This document shows, in pieces, positions 9,849 through 19,039 of a stretch of 57,548 bases of DNA (its first letter is position 1; the number at the start of each line of letters is the position of its first letter). Source of the stretch: Methanothrix sp. (GTDB taxonomy: Archaea > Halobacteriota > Methanosarcinia > Methanotrichales > Methanotrichaceae). Position numbers and translations under genes: made by a program. The notes below the pieces were generated by a model. The model was given only the letters and a program-made list of their open reading frames with translations. It made no database searches and had not been told where the DNA came from. The DNA is taken from the NCBI GenBank assembly GCA_037128175.1, contig JBAXWY010000013.1:1-57548 (forward strand), read 5' to 3'.

Positions 9849-9970
9849 CTCTGTGCGTACTCTGTGATCTCTGTGTCTCTGTGGTGGAATTAGTCGTTAG
9901 CCACTGGTTATAACCAAATGGCTACGAACTACCACCACAGAGACAAAGAGCGCACGGAGGACTCACAGAG
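9849..9970. repeat. About 120-bp imperfect palindrome of CTCTGTG/CACAGAG units, copy 2 (most intact)
   Basis: Left arm ctctgtgcgtactctgtgatctctgtgtctctgtggtgg, centre tggttataacca, right arm ccaccacagagacaaagagcgcacggaggactcacagag. Confidence 0.85.
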
Positions 9971-10065
9971 GATGCAGCGAGGAACCTCCGGATTTCATAG
10001 TTTCTCCGATTTGATGTTTCTGGATCGCGTTCTTCGATATTGATGCTCAATTATGATTATTACTA

Positions 10066-10797
10066 TTAATACTCACCATCAGAGCACTCCCGGCAAGCCA
10101 AATTGCGTTCGCAGGCCATCTCGTCCAGGCAACCGTTCAGACCGTCCCAGAACAGGAGACGGTTCTCCAGAAGCTGGCCAGAGCCGGTAACATATTTCAC
10201 GGCCTCGGTCACCTGAATGGAGCCGATCACACCGCAAGTGCTGCCTAAAGCAGGAAAAACAGATGCCGGTGGGGCGCGAGGGAATATGCAAGCGAGGCAG
10301 GCAGTTTTGCCGGGAATGATGGTGGTGGCCTGGCCCTGGTAGCCGCTGATCGCTCCGTGAAAGAGGGGGATCTTTCTTTGCAAAGCAGCCCGGTTCAAGA
10401 GGTATCGAACAGGGAAGTTGTCCATGGCATCCATGATAATGTCGCATCCTTGCAGGAGCTGATCGATATTCTCTTCTGAGATGGTCTCCAGCAACGCCTC
10501 CACCTCTATCTCCGGGTTTATGCCGGTTAAGGTCTCATAAGCCGACTTTGCCTTGGCCCGGCCCACGTCGGCATTTCCATGCAGTATCTGCCGGTTGAGG
10601 TTGGAGAGCTCCACAGAGTCGCAGTCCACGATGCGAATTTTGCCGAAGCCCGCTGCTGCCATGTAAAGGGAAATGACGGATCCCAGGCCCCCAGCTCCGG
10701 CTATAAAGACGCTGGTCCTCAAAAGCCTCTCCTGGCCGTCCTCGCCAAAGAGGCGGATCTGGCGGGAGTATCTCTTTTTCTCGGCTTCACTTAGCAT
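10066..10797 (-). CDS. HesA/MoeB/ThiF family E1-like enzyme (UbaA-like)
   Basis: RYSRQI, GAGGLGS, SNLNRQILH, DNF..R, CLAC and CREC Zn pairs. Confidence 0.93.
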   Translation of the reverse strand: MLSEAEKKRYSRQIRLFGEDGQERLLRTSVFIAGAGGLGSVISLYMAAAGFGKIRIVDCDSVELSNLNRQILHGNADVGRAKAKSAYETLTGINPEIEVEALLETISEENIDQLLQGCDIIMDAMDNFPVRYLLNRAALQRKIPLFHGAISGYQGQATTIIPGKTACLACIFPRAPPASVFPALGSTCGVIGSIQVTEAVKYVTGSGQLLENRLLFWDGLNGCLDEMACERNLACRECSDGEY

Positions 10798-10891
10798 GAC
10801 AATCCTCAACCACAAATAATCGTATTATTAACATTATTAATAATATTAATATATATTAATACATTGAGCCTCATTTCAAGTTGCATTCGTT

Positions 10892-11086
10892 CTACCCGCC
10901 GTGCACAAATCGCACAATCTTCAGCTCGTCGCGCCCGCCGGCGATCTCATCTTCCGGAACTATTTTGCCGTTCTTGGCCACAATGACCTCCTCGGGATTT
11001 ATGCAAAGCCGCTTGAGGATGTCCTCGATGCTCTCTGCGTTTCCGGCGATCTCTTTTCTGCTGCCATCCGGCAAGGTGATCAACAT
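10892..11086 (-). CDS. ThiS/SAMP2-like sulfur carrier
   Basis: 64 aa, INPEEVIVAKNG, C-terminal HGG. Confidence 0.88.
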   Translation of the reverse strand: MLITLPDGSRKEIAGNAESIEDILKRLCINPEEVIVAKNGKIVPEDEIAGGRDELKIVRFVHGG

Positions 11087-11527
11087 TTTATCTCCTTGGG
11101 TTTACAGGACGGTTCTGGTGCAAAATGCTTATGGTTGGCCCAGGCAAGCGTGCCCATGCGTCCAGCACGCGGGCTTGCACGTTGGCGCGCGCCCGCTGGA
11201 GAGGTCGCATCTTCCGGAATACATATGCGCTAAGAATGGTATTCCGTAAGACTTGTGCAGTTCACGATTGTGAATGAATCATCAGAGGCGAATTTGATAT
11301 AAAAGGGTTAGGAAAGAGGCAAACTCAGGAGGAATGAGTGGCTTTTACTCGATTGAGATACGATAGGTTTTTTTCAATCAAGAACCCAGCCAAAGTGCAA
11401 CTATTTGGTAATACCTAATAGTTCAACCTAAGGCATCTATCAGGAATGCCTGGTTGGGTTGCATTTAAGTATCTGGAAAAAGGTCTCTTCCGTCAGGTTA
11501 ACTAATTAAATTTCAAGGTGATTTATT

Positions 11528-12784
11528 TTGCATAAAAGCGTAGTCAAAGATCCAAGCCTGGCCGCAGAAGGGGAAAAGCGCATCGAATGGGCTCGCCGAC
11601 ACATGCCTGTTCTGGAAAAGATCAAAGAAGAGTTCGAGAGGGAAAAGCCTCTCAAGGGTGCGCGCATCGTGGCCTGTCTGCATGTCACAGTGGAGACGGC
11701 CAACCTCATCACCACCCTTGTGGCAGGCGGCGCCGAGGTGGCGGTCACCGGCTCCAATCCGCTGTCCACGCAGGATGAAGTGGCTGCGGCCTTAGCGGCG
11801 CGGGGCCTCTACGTCTACGCCTTCCGGGGCGAGAACGAGCAGGAGTACTACGACTGCATCAAGAAAGCCCTGGACCTTAAGCCCAACGTCAGTTTGGACG
11901 ACGGCGCCGATACCATTGCCATCATCCACAAGGAGCAGCCAGAGCTGGCCGCGCAGATGTTCGGCGGCTGTGAGGAGACCACCACCGGTGTCGTGCGCCT
12001 GCGGGCCATGGCAGAGGACAATGCCCTTCTCTATCCGGTCGTCGCCGTCAACGACGCCGAGACCAAGATGATGTTCGACAACCGCTATGGTACCGGCCAG
12101 AGCACCCTGCACGGCATCATGCAGGCCACCAACTTCCTCTTCGCGGGCAAGACCGTAGTCGTGGCCGGCTATGGCTGGTGCGGCCGGGGATTTGCCATGC
12201 GCGCCAAAGGTCTGGGAGCAAACGTAATCGTAGTTGAGATCGAGCCGAGAAAAGCCCTGGAAGCAGCCATGGACGGTTATAGAGTCATGCCCATGCATAA
12301 AGCTGCGCCCCTGGGAGATCTGTTTGTCACTCTTACCGGCAACATAAACGTGGTTCGTAACGAGCACTTCATGCAGATGAAGGACCAGGCAGTCCTCGCC
12401 AACAGCGGCCACTTCAATGTGGAGATCGACATCCCTGCTCTCGAAAAGATGGCCGCGGCAAAAGCAGAGGTGCAAAACAATGTCACCGAGTACAAACTGC
12501 CCGATGGGCGTCGGCTCTACCTGCTCGCAGAAGGCCGGCTCATCAACTTGGCTGCTGCCTACGGCCATCCACCGGAGGTTATGGACATGTCCTTTGCCAA
12601 CCAGGCACTGGCCGTGCGCTACATAGTGGAGAACGGGCGACATCTGGAGAAGAAGGTCTATGCCGTTCCGGTGGAGATCGATCGCAGGGTGGCGGAACTG
12701 AAGCTGGCCTCCATGGGCCTGGAGACGGAAAAGCTTACCACGGAGCAGGACAAATACCTGCATAGCTGGCAGATGGGAACTTAA
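11528..12784 (+). CDS. ahcY: Adenosylhomocysteinase
   Basis: [45 protein letters not shown]. Confidence 0.97.
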   Translation: MHKSVVKDPSLAAEGEKRIEWARRHMPVLEKIKEEFEREKPLKGARIVACLHVTVETANLITTLVAGGAEVAVTGSNPLSTQDEVAAALAARGLYVYAFRGENEQEYYDCIKKALDLKPNVSLDDGADTIAIIHKEQPELAAQMFGGCEETTTGVVRLRAMAEDNALLYPVVAVNDAETKMMFDNRYGTGQSTLHGIMQATNFLFAGKTVVVAGYGWCGRGFAMRAKGLGANVIVVEIEPRKALEAAMDGYRVMPMHKAAPLGDLFVTLTGNINVVRNEHFMQMKDQAVLANSGHFNVEIDIPALEKMAAAKAEVQNNVTEYKLPDGRRLYLLAEGRLINLAAAYGHPPEVMDMSFANQALAVRYIVENGRHLEKKVYAVPVEIDRRVAELKLASMGLETEKLTTEQDKYLHSWQMGT

Positions 12785-12804
12785 GGATTACAAAAGGAGG
12801 TGTC

Positions 12805-13896
12805 TTGGCCTTGGATCTAAAAAAAGGTAACCTGGAAGCATATCTGCAAAGCCTTTACGGGCGAGATTTATCGCTCCTGAGCACCCGTAAGATGGGAGAG
12901 ACCATACCTACTACAGAGGACGTGAAAGGATTCGGATACGGATCGCCTCTGCTGGTGGAGTATGATATCAAGGGAAAGAAGGGCTCGGCCGTACTCTCCT
13001 CCATGCGCGTACAGCATGGCTTCGGCCACGACCACTTCTCCGACCGGGCAGGGATTATGATCTGGCAGAATTCGACCTTTGCCGGCCTCCCCAAACACGT
13101 GCCATCTCTCGATGTGGGCTACTTCACGGAAAAAGGGACGCTGGTCTCGGCGGGAGATGCTCGCGAATACTTCTTGCTCATGGAGAAGATTGAGGGAAAG
13201 GAGTACTTCTTTGACCTGGAGCGAGTAAAAGAGCAGGGCGCAACCGACCTGGACTACGAACGGGTCATGGCCCTCTCCAATTACCTGGCCGAGATTCACG
13301 CCGTCAAGAACGACTGCCCGCCCCTCTATCAGCGTAAGATCCGGGAGACGGTGGGAGACGGCGAATGCATCTTCGGCATTCTGGACGACTATCCGGATGC
13401 TCCCAGCTTCCTGGACCCGGATGAGCTGCAAGAGGTCGAGAAGGTCTGCGTGGAGTGGCGCTGGATGCTGCGGGGTAAAGTCGGGCGGCTCTGCCAGGTG
13501 CACGGCGACTTCCACCCCTGGAATATTATGTTCCGGGAGGGCGCAGACTTCTCCGTCCTGGACAGAAGCCGGGGGGAATGGGGCGAAGCTGCGGATGACA
13601 TCACGGCTCTCGCCATGAACTACATATTCTATTCCGTGCAGAAGAGCTTGCGCCTAACCGGAGACCTGAAAGACCTCTTCGAGCTGTTCTTTGAAAACTA
13701 CCTGGAAAAAACGGGTGATGAAGAACTTCTGGAGGTCATCGCGCCTTTCTTCGCCTTCCGGGCAGTGGTCGTGGCCAGCCCCACCTGGTATCCGCTGCTC
13801 TCCGATGATGTGAGAAGAGCCCTCTTCAACTTCCTGGAGAACGTCCTGGGCTCTAAGAAGTTCAATTACAGGGATGTGAACAGCTACCTGGACTAA
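12805..13896 (+). CDS. Aminoglycoside phosphotransferase-like (APH/ChoK) kinase
   Basis: LAEIH, VHGDFHPWNI catalytic loop, VLDRSRGEWGE.ADD. Confidence 0.85.
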   Translation: MALDLKKGNLEAYLQSLYGRDLSLLSTRKMGETIPTTEDVKGFGYGSPLLVEYDIKGKKGSAVLSSMRVQHGFGHDHFSDRAGIMIWQNSTFAGLPKHVPSLDVGYFTEKGTLVSAGDAREYFLLMEKIEGKEYFFDLERVKEQGATDLDYERVMALSNYLAEIHAVKNDCPPLYQRKIRETVGDGECIFGILDDYPDAPSFLDPDELQEVEKVCVEWRWMLRGKVGRLCQVHGDFHPWNIMFREGADFSVLDRSRGEWGEAADDITALAMNYIFYSVQKSLRLTGDLKDLFELFFENYLEKTGDEELLEVIAPFFAFRAVVVASPTWYPLLSDDVRRALFNFLENVLGSKKFNYRDVNSYLD

Positions 13897-13898
13897 GG

Positions 13899-14897
13899 AT
13901 GACGACTTACGCCTTTGAGCTGTCCGGAGAACATGAGACCCTGCCGAGAAGCGAGGCCTTAGCCCTGGTGGAGAATTTCTCCTCCAGTTTTTGCGAGGTC
14001 GCCTTTCTGGACCAGTGCCTGATAGTGGAGGCGGAAGACCTCGATGTGCAATTATTGGGCAGTCGTCTGGCCATGACCCATCGCATCATCGAGGTCCTGG
14101 CGATCTCTGACGCAACCCTGGAGGCACTCGCAAAGTCTGTGAGCCTCCTAGAGCTGCCCCACGAAAGATATCTGGTCAGGGCCCATCGTATCAAGGATGC
14201 TGCGCCTGGCGCAGATGCCGTAGAGCGCGAGGTGGGACGCATCCTTTTTCAGAGAGGCTACAGGGCGGACCTGAAAAATCCAAAGATGGTGCTGCGAGCC
14301 GTCATCACTACGGAAAGAATCGTCCTGGGACGCGAGGTTGCCAGATGTGATAGAAGCTCCTTTGAGGCGCGCCGGCCACACCTCAAGCCCTTTTTCCATC
14401 CCGGCGTGCTTATGCCGCGCATGGCCCGCTCATTGATCAACCTCACCCAGGTCCGGGCAGGCGAGATGCTGCTCGATCCCTTTGCAGGAACCTGCGGCAT
14501 TCTGATCGAAGCCTGCTTGATCGGCATCCAGGGGCTGGGTATCGAGGTTCAGACCAGGCTGGTGAAGGGTGCCTTATGCAATTTGCATACGCTTGACTGC
14601 TCTCTTTTATTGGGAGATGCGAAGCGCTTGCCACTGAAAAACTCTTCCATCGATGCTGCTGTTCTGGACACACCCTATGGAAGATCGGCTAAAATCCTGG
14701 CAAAGTCGAAAGAATTTCTTTTGCAGGAAAGTTTAAGCGAACTCTTCCGGGTGATTAAGCCCGATCGACGCATGGTAATCGTGGCAGATAGCTCGCTTGA
14801 TGCCTTGCTCGCGAATGCGGGCTTCAAAATAATCCAAAAGCATACGGACCGCGTGCATGGAAGCCTTACAAGGCAAATATTCCTCTGCCAGAGATAA
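13899..14897 (+). CDS. THUMP-domain tRNA (guanine-10-N2) methyltransferase (Trm11/TrmG10)
   Basis: FELSGEH, RRPHLKPFFHPG, LDPFAGTCG, DTPYGRS. Confidence 0.85.
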   Translation: MTTYAFELSGEHETLPRSEALALVENFSSSFCEVAFLDQCLIVEAEDLDVQLLGSRLAMTHRIIEVLAISDATLEALAKSVSLLELPHERYLVRAHRIKDAAPGADAVEREVGRILFQRGYRADLKNPKMVLRAVITTERIVLGREVARCDRSSFEARRPHLKPFFHPGVLMPRMARSLINLTQVRAGEMLLDPFAGTCGILIEACLIGIQGLGIEVQTRLVKGALCNLHTLDCSLLLGDAKRLPLKNSSIDAAVLDTPYGRSAKILAKSKEFLLQESLSELFRVIKPDRRMVIVADSSLDALLANAGFKIIQKHTDRVHGSLTRQIFLCQR

Positions 14898-14913
14898 TGC
14901 GAGAAGAGGCTTC

Positions 14914-15510
14914 CTAGGCCTCTGCCGCCTCATAGTCGGTATCGATGGTGTCCGCTAGACCATCCTCGGTGTGGGCTGTCACCATGCGTTCAGAGACATC
15001 CTGATCGGAGAGTATCTCCAAAAAACGCTTTGTGTATCCATCCCTCTCCGATGCTTTCTGGCTGTCGAAGATATTCCTGTACTCCGATATGGTAGAAGGA
15101 GCTACCCGCAGACTTCCAGCCATCTCTTTGACGGATTTGCTGGCATCCGTTAGGCGGAGAAACTCATCCTTGTCGAAAGGAGGCTTCAAATCAGTCTCCC
15201 GGAATAAGTGGAGCTTGATACGGGCCCGGCTGACGGTTTTATTAAGGGCTCGATCACCCAGTTGCTCTGCGATCTCGGTATCACTTAGTTTCTTATAAAA
15301 TAGCCTGACAACTGATGATAACTGCTCGGCAGTCAGCTTTGTCTGAATGCCATATTGTTTTATCATCTCCCGGACTACTCCCAATAAAGCGCGCTCAATC
15401 TCGCCGCTTCCCCGGAGACTACCATGACGGGTGGCCTGCTTCTCCACGACCTTGGTTGTGGCGCCAATCTTCATAACGAGGTCCCGAAGCTGATCAGTCC
15501 TGCCACTCAT
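14914..15510 (-). CDS. Conserved euryarchaeal double-HTH protein (resembles haloarchaeal 'conditioned medium-induced protein 4')
   Basis: DTEIAEQL...VSRARIKLHL.R..D..PPF and SVKEMAGSLRVAPSTISEY HTH-like segments; family recalled, not searched. Confidence 0.65.
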   Translation of the reverse strand: MSGRTDQLRDLVMKIGATTKVVEKQATRHGSLRGSGEIERALLGVVREMIKQYGIQTKLTAEQLSSVVRLFYKKLSDTEIAEQLGDRALNKTVSRARIKLHLFRETDLKPPFDKDEFLRLTDASKSVKEMAGSLRVAPSTISEYRNIFDSQKASERDGYTKRFLEILSDQDVSERMVTAHTEDGLADTIDTDYEAAEA

Positions 15511-15578
15511 TTAAGATACTCACCCCGTGGAAACTCCTTTGTTTATAGTATAAAGAGATTTCCATGGTATTACAAACC

Positions 15579-15586
15579 TTTTTATA
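15579..15586 (+). promoter_or_regulatory. TATA box of spt5-rpl11-rpl1-rplP0-rpl12 operon
   Basis: TTTTTATA about 25 nt upstream of ATG 15612. Confidence 0.55.
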
Positions 15587-15611
15587 CACGAGATTCGTCT
15601 AAGAAGGCGGA

Positions 15612-16067
15612 ATGTCCGAGACCAGCATATATGTTGTGAAGACCACTGCGAATCAAGAAAGATCGGTGGCCAACATGATCGCCCAGATAGCACGCAAGGA
15701 AAAGTATGATATAAGGGCACTGCTGGTACCAGATGTGCTGAAAGGCTACGTTCTTGTGGAATCACCAGCACCAGAGATCGTAGATCAAGCGATTCAAGGA
15801 ATACCCCACGCACGCTCTGTGATAAAAGGGGCCTCAAACATCGGAGAGGTTGAACACTTTCTCTCCCCCAAGCCGGCGGTAATCGGAATTAATGAAGGAG
15901 CCATTATCGAGCTCATATCCGGACCGTTCAAGGGAGAGAAGGCAAGGGTCAAACGCGTGGACGTTGCCAAGGAAGAAATAACGTTGGAACTCTTTGAAGC
16001 TATGGTGCCTATCCCCATCACAGTACGGGGAGATCACGTGCGCGTGCTCAGTAAAGATGGAACTTAA
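15612..16067 (+). CDS. spt5: Transcription elongation factor Spt5
   Basis: NGN domain ([15 protein letters not shown]) plus KOW ([11 protein letters not shown]). Confidence 0.96.
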   Translation: MSETSIYVVKTTANQERSVANMIAQIARKEKYDIRALLVPDVLKGYVLVESPAPEIVDQAIQGIPHARSVIKGASNIGEVEHFLSPKPAVIGINEGAIIELISGPFKGEKARVKRVDVAKEEITLELFEAMVPIPITVRGDHVRVLSKDGT

Positions 16068-16088
16068 TAAATTTAGAGGTGACAAGTA

Positions 16089-16565
16089 TTGGCTAATGTC
16101 GTAGAAGCATTGGTCCCTGGCGGAAAGGCCAGCGCGGGGCCACCTTTGGGCCCGGCCCTGGGACCTCTGGGCGTAAATGTAGCTCAGGTAGTTGCCAAGA
16201 TCAATGAAAAGACCAAAGATCTCAATGGAATGCAAGTTCCCGTCAAAGTCATCGTGAAGTCCAGAACCGAATTCGAAATCGAAGTCGGAACGCCTCCTAC
16301 CTCGGCCCTGATCATCAAGGAGATGGGTGTAGAGAAAGGCACTGGAGACAAAACCATTGTCGGGAATATAACCATGGAGCAGGTCCTCAAGATTGCAAAC
16401 ATCAAGAGGAAAGGCCTTCTCTCCAAAACCCTGAAGAACGCGGCCAGCGAGGTCATCGGCACAGCAGGGTCTGTAGGCGCAACCATTGATGGTATGCAAA
16501 GCAAAGAGGCTCAACTGGCTATAGCCAGCGGCAAATACGATGAGATATTATTATCTGAATTATGA
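16089..16565 (+). CDS. rpl11: 50S ribosomal protein L11
   Basis: GGKASAGPPLGPALGPLG; TTG start. Confidence 0.97.
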   Translation: MANVVEALVPGGKASAGPPLGPALGPLGVNVAQVVAKINEKTKDLNGMQVPVKVIVKSRTEFEIEVGTPPTSALIIKEMGVEKGTGDKTIVGNITMEQVLKIANIKRKGLLSKTLKNAASEVIGTAGSVGATIDGMQSKEAQLAIASGKYDEILLSEL

Positions 16566-16582
16566 TTCTCTTTTTTGAGAAG

Positions 16583-16615
16583 CCGTAGAAGACCTAGAGT
16601 CGTAGACTACGGAGG
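16583..16615 (+). promoter_or_regulatory. Putative L1 autoregulatory hairpin overlapping rpl1 RBS
   Basis: CCGTAG-AA-GAC-CTAGA-GTC-GTAGA-CTACGG followed by and overlapping GGAGG; asymmetric internal loop like L1-binding mRNA sites. Confidence 0.65.
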
Positions 16616-16621
16616 ATTGAA

Positions 16622-17254
16622 ATGGATATAGAAGAAGCCGTTAAACAGGCTATCACTGAGGCACCTGCCAGAAAATTCAACGAAAGCGTGGATCTGGCTA
16701 TTAACCTTCATAACATCGACTTAGCCCTGCCGGGAAACAGAGTCGATGCCGAGGTTATCCTACCCCACGGACTTGGCAAACCGACCAAGATCGCTGTATT
16801 CGCTGCAGGAGAAACTGGCCTCCGAGCCAAGAGCGCTGGCGCAGACCGGGTTATATCCGCGGACGAGATCAAAGAACTCGCCGGAAATAAGAGAGCTGTG
16901 CGCAAACTGGCGGACGAGTACAAGTTCTTCATTGCAGAGACTCAGTTCATGCCCGTCATAGGTAAGAGCCTGGGTTCCATTCTCGGCAAGAGGGGCAAGA
17001 TGCCCACACCTCTGCCGCCGACACAGGACGTAACCCCACAGATACAGAGGCTCAAGAACATGATCAGGATCAGGTCTCGGGACAAGCCGACCTTTCACCT
17101 GACTGTTGGGAACCGAAATATGAATACCAAAGAGCTGGCCGAAAACATTGAAGCGGTCGTCGTCAAGCTCGAGCAGACCCTCAAGGATGGCCGACATAAC
17201 CTGAAGTCGGTTTATGTCAAGACCACCATGGGGCCTTCTATAAAGGTGATTTAA
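16622..17254 (+). CDS. rpl1: 50S ribosomal protein L1
   Basis: RKFNESVDLAINL, LPHG, GKMPTP, VKTTMGP. Confidence 0.97.
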   Translation: MDIEEAVKQAITEAPARKFNESVDLAINLHNIDLALPGNRVDAEVILPHGLGKPTKIAVFAAGETGLRAKSAGADRVISADEIKELAGNKRAVRKLADEYKFFIAETQFMPVIGKSLGSILGKRGKMPTPLPPTQDVTPQIQRLKNMIRIRSRDKPTFHLTVGNRNMNTKELAENIEAVVVKLEQTLKDGRHNLKSVYVKTTMGPSIKVI

Positions 17255-18223
17255 ATGGCAGCAGATCGTCACACTGCCCACATACCTGAGTGGAAGGTTA
17301 GGGATGTAGAAGAGCTTGTCGAAATGATTAAAAAAAGCCGCGTTGTAGGCGTTGTAGGCGTGCGGGAGATACCAGCCGATAATCTGCAGCAGATGCGAGG
17401 CAGTCTCAGAGGCAATGTCGAGATAAGGATGGTGAGGAACACCATCGCTCGCCGCGCCCTGGAGGCCTCTGCCCCGGATATCAGACCGCTGGCAAATTTC
17501 ATTGAAGATCAGACTGCTTTGCTCTTTAGCAATGACAATCCCTTCAAGCTGAACGGCCTCTTAGTGAAGGGCAAACAGCCCATGCCCATCAAGGCCGGTG
17601 CACGTGCTCCCAAAGACATAGTGATTGAGGCTGGTGTGACCTCGTTCTCGCCGGGACCCATGGTCGGCAAGCTTCAGGCAGCCGGCATCCCAGCAGCCAT
17701 TAAAGGCGGAAAGGTGGTCATCAACCAGAATATCACTTTAGCCAAAGAGGGAGAGGTCGTTTCCGCCAAGACTGCGGACATTTTGAAGATCATGGAGATC
17801 TTCCCACGAAACGTGGGCCTGGAACTACGAGCGGCCTACGAGGGTGGCTTGATCTTTAAGGCCAAGGATCTTTCCATCAATGTGGAGGCACAGATCTCAG
17901 AGCTGTTCGCGGCTTCTGCCAAAGCATTCGGCTTTGCTGTTGAGATTGGCTATGCTACGCCGAAAACTGTCGGACCCATGCTGCAAAAGGCTCAGACCAA
18001 GGCCAGAGCCCTGGTACTGGAAGCGGGAATACCCGTGCCCAGCATGATGAAGATGCTTTTAGCCAAGGCAGCTGCCAATGCCCGAGCCGTCGCTCGCCTG
18101 GCCAGTGGAGAAGCAGCCTTGGAGGCTGCCGCAGCCCCGGCCCCCGCGAAGGCCAAGAAAGAGAAAAAAGAGAAAAAGGATGAAGGAGACACCGCTGCGG
18201 GAATGGGTGCTCTCTTCGGATAA
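17255..18223 (+). CDS. rplP0: 50S ribosomal protein L10/P0
   Basis: IPEWK, LQQMR..LR, NPFKL, C-terminal GMGALFG. Confidence 0.96.
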   Translation: MAADRHTAHIPEWKVRDVEELVEMIKKSRVVGVVGVREIPADNLQQMRGSLRGNVEIRMVRNTIARRALEASAPDIRPLANFIEDQTALLFSNDNPFKLNGLLVKGKQPMPIKAGARAPKDIVIEAGVTSFSPGPMVGKLQAAGIPAAIKGGKVVINQNITLAKEGEVVSAKTADILKIMEIFPRNVGLELRAAYEGGLIFKAKDLSINVEAQISELFAASAKAFGFAVEIGYATPKTVGPMLQKAQTKARALVLEAGIPVPSMMKMLLAKAAANARAVARLASGEAALEAAAAPAPAKAKKEKKEKKDEGDTAAGMGALFG

Positions 18224-18256
18224 ATTTGATTAAAGGTAAATTCGAGGTCGATTCAA

Positions 18257-18571
18257 ATGGAATATGTATACGCTGCATTACTGCTTCACAGCGCAGGCAA
18301 AGACGTTAACGAGGAAGGAATTAAGAAGGTCGTCGAGGCATCCGGCTCCGCCGCAGACGAGATCAGAATCAAGGCACTTGTGGCCGCTTTAGAAGGCGTG
18401 GACATCGCAACAGTCCTCGCTCAGGCCGCCGCCGTACCCATAGCAGCCGCAGCCGCAGCCCCTGTCGCAGCACATGCCGCCAAGGGCGAGGCCAAGGCAG
18501 AAGAACCAGAAGAGGACAAGGAAGCAGCAGAGGAGAGCGGCGTAGAGGGCCTGGGCGCCCTTTTCGGCTGA
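18257..18571 (+). CDS. rpl12p: 50S ribosomal protein P1/L12
   Basis: [11 protein letters not shown], Ala-rich hinge, GLGALFG. Confidence 0.97.
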   Translation: MEYVYAALLLHSAGKDVNEEGIKKVVEASGSAADEIRIKALVAALEGVDIATVLAQAAAVPIAAAAAAPVAAHAAKGEAKAEEPEEDKEAAEESGVEGLGALFG

Positions 18572-18583
18572 ATCTCCTTCAGC

Positions 18584-18602
18584 TTTTTTTTTACTTTTTT
18601 TT
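18584..18602 (+). terminator. Oligo-T terminator of rpl12 operon
   Basis: Long T tracts just after the stop, between convergent genes. Confidence 0.6.
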
Positions 18603-18618
18603 GGCAAAAAATATTATA

Positions 18619-18891
18619 CTAAAGCTCTTCCAACTTCTCAACGCCCAGCTTCTTGACTTTCGGCTTCCAGATATCGGCCGGCATCCAGGCAGGGGCATTG
18701 GCAGGCTTAGGCACCTGGATCCGCTCACCTTGGAATATGTGCACATTTCGTGTTCCTCTCTCCCGGAGCCTTATATCAGTGAATCCGCGGTTTGCTGCCT
18801 TTAAGGCTGCTTGGCGGGGCTGTTTTCCGGAAAAGACGCCGATCTCATTTCCATCCTTGTCCCGCAATGCGAAATTTCTTTTTTCTATCAT
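18619..18891 (-). CDS. Non-histone chromosomal protein MC1
   Basis: RNFALRD.DGNE.GVFSGKQPRQAALKAA, LRERGT, PAWMP. Confidence 0.95.
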   Translation of the reverse strand: MIEKRNFALRDKDGNEIGVFSGKQPRQAALKAANRGFTDIRLRERGTRNVHIFQGERIQVPKPANAPAWMPADIWKPKVKKLGVEKLEEL

Positions 18892-19039
18892 ATTTTTATA
18901 CCTCGCTTAAATGCGTGTGCTGTGAGACATAAGGTTTGCTGCATATCTATATATGAAATACGCTTATATTAATCTTTTGTTTGATTTCATAATATGTCAA
19001 TGGAATGGTTTTTTATTCAAGAGGCCATTTCTATCAATT

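Noticed and set aside
9849-9970. CRISPR array or mini-array from CACAGAG repeats
   Set aside because: Units are 7-11 nt, inverted, with no unique spacers and no cas genes
11792-12763. 323-aa antisense ORF (likewise 50027-51208)
   Set aside because: Mirror frames of GC3-rich ahcY and hdrA with no recognisable motifs
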